A stretch of 30,393 bases of DNA, from assembly GCF_006345805.1 (NCBI RefSeq), contig NW_021832874.1, forward strand, positions 1 to 30,393, given 5' to 3'. Each line of letters begins with the position of its first letter. Position 1 is the first letter of the stretch. Both the position numbers and the translations under genes were made by a program. Positions 22,306 through 30,393 of this stretch are shown one piece after another. Source of the stretch: Octopus sinensis. Taxonomy: Eukaryota. Under the pieces are notes generated by a model. It was not told the DNA's origin. It searched no databases and was given only the letters and a program-made list of their open reading frames with translations.

Positions 22306-22874
22306 CTTATTATTATTATTGAGTGAGAGAGCAGTGCATGTCATCAAAGTGACACTGGGGTAAAATATACGAAGCCCAGTAACCCATCATGACTACCCGT
22401 CTGATAAGGGTACACTAGGCACATGCATCACAACCATATGTGCGTGACATGGTGATCTCAAATCAAAATAAACAGCGCATGACCTTACGGTGGGGCCCAG
22501 TTAGAATTTTCTTCTGATCGAGTAGCCCATCCCGCTCAAAAGGTCCTTGAATAAGGATTGTTTAAGGATGTTGAATGAACACCCATGTTTCCAAAGGTGA
22601 ATTATCCAAACCTCTAGGAATCCCTCTCAACAACACGACTATGATGCTCCCCCACTACTTCTGCTCGTGATCAGAGATGCACATTTCGTCAGCCACTAAG
22701 GGACATGGTCAACTGGTTAAGGTCAACACAACTGACAAGCAAATCTGTGGTATTGTGCAGAATATTTGCTGTAGCCCATGTTTTATACCAAGACAAAACA
22801 ATGTACATGATAACACTTCCAATCAGTTAAGATCAGAAGCCATGAGAGCCACTGCCTGGTACTGCATCAGGGCA

Positions 22875-22877
<3 letters not shown>
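21686..22877 (-). mobile_element. Head-to-tail tandem pair of the ~557-bp (TAA)n-flanked element (21686-22243, 22321-22877)
   Basis: Period 635 bp, separated by (TTA)n; by eye the copies differ only by single-base indels. Confidence 0.92.
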
Positions 22878-22909
<32 letters not shown>

Positions 22910-23442
22910 TATTATTATTATTATTATTATTATTATCATTATTATTATTATTGTTGTTGTTGTTGTTGTTGTTGTTATCATTATCGTTATCATTATCATA
23001 AGAGATCTTGTTTTGTTTGTTTTACTTCTGCTATCTACTGTAAATGCCTCATGATACAAGAATTTAAGACATAGTGTAGTGAAATATTATGTGAGTGAGA
23101 GAGTGAGTGAATGGTGTGAGTGAGTGAGTGAGAGAGTGAGTGAATGTGTGAGTGAGTGCAACGCTGACTGCCAGGAACCAGTCGCTCTGTTATTAGACAC
23201 TTAAATCCATTGAGTTTGCAAAATGTACGTCTGTCTCATCCTACTCCCACCTCATTCTCTCTTTCCTTCTCTCTCTCCTCCTTCTCTCTCTGCCTCTGCC
23301 TCTCCTCCTCCTCTCTCTCTTGCATGTACATTTTTTTCTCCCTTTCGTTCAGCCTGTTGTTTTTGTCCCCCAACTTCTCATATGTGTCTTCAAATGATTG
23401 TCTGCATATTTTACCTACTCCTCGTAAACAATGAAACACACA

Positions 23443-23475
<33 letters not shown>

Positions 23476-23633
23476 CGCACACGCACACAGACGTGCACAC
23501 ACAACCGTGCCTGTGCATACACATACGCAACAAACGCACACACACACACTCACAAAGATATATAGGCATCGTACGCTTCCATATTCTCTTTACATACACA
23601 CACACACACATACGCATATCCATTGATCTATAT

Positions 23634-24944
23634 GTTTTTTTATTGGTCACTCAGGGCTGAACACAGAGGGGACAAAATACAAAGTAGAGCTTTTCTTTTT
23701 GAGAGGAAAAGGAAAAAAAAAGTGGGTCGAATTTCGTTCAAAAGGGATCGTTGAAAAAAAATATAGCGTTCGATAGGGATCGTGTATCACAGAAATGGCA
23801 ATGTAAAATGGGAAAACAGATTAGGTTTATCCGTGGAAAGAAAAGCCTACGGAAAAGACCACGGTAACCTTGGGCAATACTGTCGTGCAAAAAAACACTT
23901 TACAGTAAGTTACTCTCTTTTTTCCTTTCTTCTTTTGGTTCATAGGATTATACTGAAGCTGGCTCCGTCATTCACACGTGCCATCCTTGCTACATTCACG
24001 CATCTTTTTTGCAACTTCCTTCTCTACTCTCACCTTCCTCTTCAAGTGATACTTGAAGAAGTTGATGAAAGATTGACCAGAGAGGAAAGTGTTTGTCTCT
24101 AGACCTTTCAGAGGCGTCCACCATGCACATTCTTTCGCCATAGCCACACGTACGATGAAAATGGTTCTTCCTTCCCGTTTCAATGAAGGAGGCGCGACAA
24201 TATTCACGATAGACTCGGTTGATAAACCGACTCGTCCCACACGCGATAGCAGTCATTCGACAAAGGCCCACAGGCCGGAAATGGTTGGACACTGTACAAG
24301 TGCGTGTAGAAAAGTTTCGCCGCTCTGACCACATCTGACCGTGTTTCTCGAGCCATGCCTGTAGAGCTTATCCTGAACGTGTAGCACTTCTCGATAGCAC
24401 TGCCAGGCCAGAGATCTCTGGAAGTTGTCCATAGGTCCCGGCCCGAAAGTCGTCTTGAACAGGCGGGTCAGGTATTCCTCATCGACGCCCAGGTTTGTCC
24501 CGATATCGTCGTCGTACCTCCCCTCCACTAATCCCCTATATAATGTTTTGGTTGTGTTGAAGTCGCTCAAGGTTGCTTGAGAGCAATGCGATACTCGCGG
24601 TGCCATTCTCCCTTCCTCGGCCTCTTTATTGATCCACGACTGCAGTTCGGTCATGGAAATGGGCTGCGAGAAAGCGAGCCTCACAAACGGCGACCACACC
24701 TGTTCACCGTCGTCTACGTAGAGCCGGAGATGTCGCAGTCTCAGCATGTATCTGCGCATCATCAAGCACGGCATGCCCAGCCCTCCTTTTAACGGGTGTT
24801 GGTAGCAAATTATCGCCTGACCATCGGAACGCATCCTTTCCACAAGAAACGGAAGAGGATGCGTTCTAGTTTGGTGGTGGTAGGGTCGGGACAAGGCACG
24901 ACGGTTAGGCGGTAGTAGATGACGGAAGCGATGTACGTGTTCGC
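23634..24944 (-). mobile_element. 5'-truncated Tx1/L1-like LINE, ORF2 C-terminal third (post-RT region, zf-RVT-like CCHC) plus 3' UTR, disrupted
   Basis: ANTYIASVIYYRLTVVPCP...LFRFLWKG; frameshift; HPLKGGLGMP; FQRSLAWQCYREVLHVQDKLYRHG...RCGQSGETFLHALVQCP...LW; in-frame stop at 24253-24255; T-rich UTR ending AATAAAAAA. Confidence 0.92.
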
Positions 24945-25008
<64 letters not shown>

Positions 25009-25500
25009 CATACATACATACATACATACATTCGTACACACATACATACGTACGTACATACATACATACATACATACATACATACATACACACATACATA
25101 CATACATACATACATGCATGCATACATACATACATACATACATACATACATACATACATACATACATACATACATACATACACACATACATACATAAGAT
25201 TGAATTTATAAACATAAGAGTAATCCTTCCTTGAGGTCCGATTATGGACGGCATCACTACTCTGAGTATCTGGGTTTGTGTTACCATTAGGGTGACAAAA
25301 AGAGTCACCCGTTTCATAACGAGAAACTAAGAGTAGCGAGAACCACGGTTTCCAACATATGTATACATACGTACATACGTACATACATACATACATACAT
25401 ACATACATACATACAAACATACATACATACATACATGCATACATACATAACATGCATACAGTCACATATACATGCAAATACACATGTATATATATAAACA
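24945..25500. repeat. (GATA)n and (CATA)n microsatellite blocks with a unique spacer (~25196-25360)
   Basis: Directly visible. Confidence 0.9.
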
Positions 25501-25653
25501 GTGGACCAATCTATGATGAGGCTCTCCCATTTTGTTTCTACCGCACACAAAAAGCATAGAAAGTATGTATTTACATAATTAGTTCACCTTCACTAGGGTT
25601 TTCTTAAATTCATATTATTATTGTTGTTGTTGTCGTTGTTATTATTATTATTA

Positions 25654-25723
<70 letters not shown>

Positions 25724-25730
25724 CATTATT

Positions 25731-25932
25731 GCCTTTGCACAGCTTCTAACGCTGTAGATGTACTACAGTGTCAGCTCTTCACTACCAGTGAACTAAGGTA
25801 ACACCTCTTATTTTTCGAGCACCTTCCGGAGTATTCGATCTGTTTCAAGCAGTAGTTTTCTGCAAGTGCTCCACCCTTATTGCAGCTCCTGTTTGTTCCA
25901 CCTTCATCTCGAGATTTTTGATCACTGTTATT

Positions 25933-25934
<2 letters not shown>
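25731..25934 (-). mobile_element. R4/Dong-clade LINE 3' end abutting (TAA)n
   Basis: Minus strand reads GAAIRVEHLQKT / LLETDRILRKVLEK* (stop 25808-25810), matching the LQKxALLGTAxILRKVL terminus of R4/Dong RLE proteins. Short UTR then (AAT)n. Confidence 0.8.
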
Positions 25935-25996
<62 letters not shown>

Positions 25997-26058
25997 CTAT
26001 CTATCTATCTATCTATCTCCCTCTACTATCTATCTATCTATCATCTATCTATCTACTA

Positions 26059-26112
<54 letters not shown>

Positions 26113-26336
26113 GTCTGTCTGTCTGACTTCTTGCATGTCTTCCCACCTGTCTGTCTGGCTTCCTGTCTGCCTGTCTGATCGCCTGTCTGTCAATGTCTGT
26201 CTGTCAATATGTCTGTCTGACTGACTCAGTCTGTCTATCTGTCTGTCTGTCTGCAAGTATGTATATGTATCTACATTTCTCTGGGTGCATGTTTATATCT
26301 GTGCTGTTACACAACAGCAGCAGTAGCAGCAGCAGC

Positions 26337-26373
<37 letters not shown>

Positions 26374-26534
26374 GATACCGCTGTGTATTTACTGAGCTAT
26401 TTACTTATGAAGAAGTTGGACTGAATATTGCCATTGTAAACCATTTCCCCTAATGATCGCTGTTAGTGCTTGAGGGGGAGGAGGAGGAGCAGAAGCAGAA
26501 GAAGAAGAAGAAGAAGAAGAAGAAGAAGAAGAAG

Positions 26535-26566
<32 letters not shown>

Positions 26567-26830
26567 GAAAGGAAGGAAAAGAAGACAAGTGGAGATTATA
26601 GATCAATACTAGCACTCGTGTATTCCTCGACATCCGTTGTAAGTGTTAATATTGACCCAGTAACCTAGTGACCTAGTACCCTTCAAATATGCACACACAC
26701 ACACACGCACACACACACACACACACACTCATACACACACATTTACATATGTTTATATTCCTATATATATTATATATATATATATACGTACATACATATG
26801 AATGTGTGTTATTATATATATATATACGTT

Positions 26831-26879
<49 letters not shown>

Positions 26880-26950
26880 GATAGAGGGAGAGGAGAGAGA
26901 GGATATATATATATATATTCACACACACACACACACACACACGCTCACAC
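25935..26950. repeat. Series of (TATC), (TGTC), (CAG/CAA), (GAA), (CA) and (TA) microsatellites
   Basis: Directly visible. Confidence 0.9.
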
Positions 26951-27816
26951 ACCACCGAGCAGACGCCTTCTGACCTCCGTGTATTCTTGACATCTGTTAT
27001 TCGCTTCATTTGTGATGATCGGCTACCAGTTGTATTGCAAATGTACTTATGGACTGTTAGAAGGGAAAAAAAACAAAACAAAATAATAAACAGAACACAA
27101 TCAGTAGAGAGGAGGAGAGAGAGAGAGAGGGAGAGGGAGAGGGAGAGAGAGAATGGGGGAGTGTCTGTGTGTTGATAGTTTTTCTCTTCTATTCTGGTGG
27201 TGTGTTTAAAAGATCATAAATATATATCTATCTCATTGAAAAAATATCGATAAAGCGAAGTGTAGTCGATAAGACGCCTGCAAGTTTAATTAGAATCTTT
27301 TAGATTGACATCGAACTGCCGCTGAAAACGCTGAAAACAATTGATTAAGATCGAAGTGATTTATTACTCAAAGATGCCATCTGCTTGAAAATCAAACAGT
27401 TAAGCTTACAGTAAAAAGTGTCACAATAAGAAGAAAAAAAAAACCCTCCAGAAAATCTGATTCTTGAAAAATAGTATTAGTTTGTAATCAGATGGAACAT
27501 TTTATCTTCTGTAGAACTTGAAAAATTGGAAATAATGAATAAAGAAATTGATTAATTGTTATTCAGTAATGGAAGATGAGATTGTTCCACTGACGTCAGT
27601 CGATTCTGTTGAGAAATAGGTCGCTTAATAGAAGTTATAGGGTGGCAAATTGACCGAGTCGGAGAGTATTTTTTTGGTAAATATTCCGGTTCTGAGCGGT
27701 CTGAATTGAAATTCTGTAGATTTCGAGCCTCAATAAAAAAATTACCAGTCAAAAAACTGGGATCAGGTGGGTTTTTTTTTCCTCTTACCATTGGACTATC
27801 ACGCAGTATTAAACCA

Positions 27817-28208
27817 GTGGAGGCGCAATGGCCCAGTGGTTAGGGCAGCGGACTCGCGGTCATAGGATCGCGGTTTCGATTCCCAGGCCGGGCGTTGTGA
27901 GTGTTTATTGAGCGAAAACACCTAAAAGCTCCACGACGCTCCGGCAGGGTATGGTGGTGATCCCTGTGCTGTACTCTTTCAACCCCAACTTTCTCTCACT
28001 CTTAACTTTCTGTTTCTGTTGTACCTGTATTTCAAAGGGCCGGCCTTGTCACTCTCTGTGTCACGCTGAATATCCCAGAGAACTACGTTAAGGATGCACG
28101 TGTCTGTGGAGTGCTCAGCCACTTACACGTTAATTTCACGAGCAGGCTGTTCCGTTGATTCGGATCAACCGGAACCCTCATCGTCGTAACCGACGGAGTG
28201 CTTCCTAA
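27817..28208 (+). mobile_element. SINE family D, full length
   Basis: Collinear with 15352-15744; 10-bp TSD AGTATTAAAC at 27805-27814 and 28209-28218. Confidence 0.92.
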
Positions 28209-28392
28209 AGTATTAAACTTTAGGATGGGAAAATACTGTAGGAATATACATACTTTATAAACTTCCAGACGAATTTAGAAGAGCAATTATGGGATCATGA
28301 TGATATCCTCAAAATCAACAGGCAACCATCTGCATCAAAAGATTAACACGAAGATACTAACACAAAAAGATGCAACAAAAAACAGTCAAAAT

Positions 28393-28975
28393 TTCATTTA
28401 CATTATTTACATTTGACGGAAATTTGTTATCGTATTTCGTTTTTGGATTTGGTTTGCAAGATTCTTTATGTGAGTTCGTGTGTTGAAGCATATTCTGTTG
28501 TGTCTGGGGAGAGTCATTTTCTTTTTGTGCCTTATTATGTAACACACACACACCAGTAAAATTTCCACTTTTTTTTCTTATTTTTATTTTCCTAAAATTT
28601 TCGTTGCGTCTTGCAACCTTTTCAAAACTAATGAAAAGGTTGCAAGAGGCAACGAAAATTTTAGGAAAATAAAACTAATAAATAAATGGAAATTTTACCG
28701 GTGAGTGTGTTAAATTATAAGGTACCAAAAGAGAATGACTCTCCCCAGACACAACAGAATATCCTCATCTTGTTTGCTGTTAACACAACGTTTCGGCTGG
28801 TATACCCTCCAGCCTTCATCAGGTGTCTTGGGGAAATTTCGAACTTGGGTTCTCCTTCCTAAGGTATTTTTCTGTTTTCCCTAACACACCTGATGAAGGC
28901 TAAACAAAGAAGATGAGGACTCCGTCAAATGTAAATAATGTACATAAATCTTCATCTCTTAAAAATAGAACTGAG
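28393..28975. mobile_element. Penelope-like fold-back complex of four fragments (-,+,-,+)
   Basis: Palindrome arms 28490-28624 and 28632-28762. H1 element on minus 28763-28872, H1 fragment on plus 28884-28975. Shared CCGTCAAATGTAAATAATGTA tail at both outer ends. Confidence 0.8.
28783..28826 (-). ncRNA. Minimal type I hammerhead motif, family H1, intact core
   Basis: Reverse complement ACAC-CTGATGA-A-GGCTG-GAGGGTATAC-CAGCC-GAAA-CGT-T-GTGT. Confidence 0.82.
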
Positions 28976-28989
28976 TTAAAATTTTATAC

Positions 28990-29290
28990 CGACAAATGAC
29001 CAGTGGTGGCACATGGGGTCGCGATCGAGGGATCGCAGGTTCGAATCTCAGACCGGGCGGTGTGTATTTATGAGTGAAACATCTAAGCCTCCACGCGGCT
29101 CCGGCAGAAGGTAATGGCGAACTGCTGCTGACTCTTTCGCCACAACTTTCTCTCACTCTTTCCTCCTACATCTAGCAGCTCACTTGCAACGGACCGGCGT
29201 CCCGTACAGGTGGGGAACCTATACGCCAACGAAACCGGGAAACCAACCCTAATCAGCCAGGCATAGCACGAGAAGGACAAACAATAACAA
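28990..29290 (+). mobile_element. tRNA-SINE sharing the family D head but with a different (Meta/V-domain-like) 3' half
   Basis: GGTTCGAATCTC B-box; CTCCACGCGGCTCCGGCAG and CACAACTTTCTCTCACTCTT shared with family D; then TGCAACGGACCGGCGTCCCGTACAGG...GAAACCGGGA. Confidence 0.7.
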
Positions 29291-29471
29291 CAAACAAATG
29301 AACACGTGACTGTTGATTCTGTGAAAAAAATCCTTTGGCGGGAAGTCTACAGTATATAAGAAACAAGAGGGATACCAAATGTAAATGTTGGTTTATAAAA
29401 CAAGTTTGGATAGAAAGAGTCGACGGCTTCCTGTAGGATTCGAAACCACATCTGTTGACATGATGGTGTGT

Positions 29472-29511
<40 letters not shown>

Positions 29512-29525
29512 TGCGTGTATTTATA

Positions 29526-29700
29526 TTCTTTTATTTGTTTCCGTCATTTGACTGCGGGCATGCAGGAGCAACGCCTTTAGTTGAACAAATCGACCCCAGG
29601 ACTTATTCTTTGTAAGCCTAGTACTAATCTATTTCGGTCTCTTTTGACAAACCGCTAGGTTCGGTGACGTAAACACACCAGCATCGGTTATCAAGCGATA
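29526..29700 (-). mobile_element. SINE family B, tail half
   Basis: Homologous to 8971-9150. Confidence 0.85.
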
Positions 29701-29770
29701 GTGTACACACACACAGAATCGCTACTCACTACACATTCTTTATTTTCTCTCCTTGTTTCTTTTTGTGTTC

Positions 29771-29806
29771 CTTTCTGAGGAAGAGCGTAGGCTCGAAACG
29801 TTAAAG
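29771..29806 (+). ncRNA. Minimal type I hammerhead motif, family H2, intact CUGAGGA core
   Basis: CTTT-CTGAGGA-A-GAGC-GTAG-GCTC-GAAA-CGT-T-AAAG, inside a repeat homologous to 19790-19925. Confidence 0.78.
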
Positions 29807-30102
29807 ACTCTTTCACTTCCGAGCGTTTAAAATAAGTACATGCTTTTTTTGTCTACACACACCTGTCTTCGACTTTTGTTTTTACGAAGTTTTCTATCTT
29901 CGGAACAAGAACCAGATTATCCTCGCAATTTCGGGCCTGATTATTCTTGAGATTGCTCTAATCTGGCTAGCCCCAAGGAAAAACTAAACTATGAGCATTA
30001 GATCCTTGGAAAAAGCAGCGAATGTATACAAAACTAGGACGGAAAAATCGGACAATGTTACACAAATATAAATACAATAAAAGTACAATAAAAAAAATAA
30101 GA

Positions 30103-30255
30103 GGCTTCTTTCAGTTCCGTCTACGAAATCCACTCACAAGGCTTTGGTCGGCCCGAGGCTATAGGAGATGACACATGCCCAAGGTGCCACGCAATCAGAC
30201 GGAACCCAGAAGCATGTGGTTGTAAGTAAGCTACTTACCACACAGCCACCTCTGC
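30103..30255 (-). mobile_element. SINE family B, head and CORE-like part
   Basis: Homologous to 19073-19233 and followed by the same flank. Confidence 0.82.
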
Positions 30256-30393
30256 ACCTAAACCTAGTGGTTCGACAAAACAGACCGATATCTCCAGTAC
30301 CAAGCTATAAAAAATTAATAAGTATTTGAGTTGAATCGTTCGACTAAAGTCAACATGGTGCCCCAGCATGGCGGGAGTCTTCTGACTGAAAGA

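Noticed and set aside
24253-25317. 354-aa ORF as an intact gene
   Set aside because: The N-terminal third is (TATG)/(TATC) read-through; the rest is a frameshifted, prematurely stopped Tx1-like ORF2 fragment.

Overview
Repeat-saturated eukaryotic non-coding DNA (intron or intergenic), most likely from an octopod cephalopod. That assignment is an inference from the recurrent tRNA-derived SINE families and the extreme microsatellite density. No intact host protein-coding gene is supportable, and nearly all ORF-track entries are microsatellite read-throughs or antisense frames of transposons. The window contains: (i) several tRNA-SINE families, some with clear TSDs; (ii) decayed LINE 3' ends (two Tx1/L1-like ORF2 fragments, R4/Dong-like fragments at (TAA)n); (iii) a fold-back mariner MITE, a canonical non-autonomous Helitron and a Helentron-type (HINE) element; (iv) three distinct families of Penelope-type minimal hammerhead-ribozyme motifs. 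The strongest leads are a tRNA-headed SINE-like element that carries a hammerhead and repeatedly occurs in inverted arrangements, and a SINE whose 3' tail matches the 3' end of the Tx1 LINE found in the same window. Family names are assigned from motif recognition, not from database searches.
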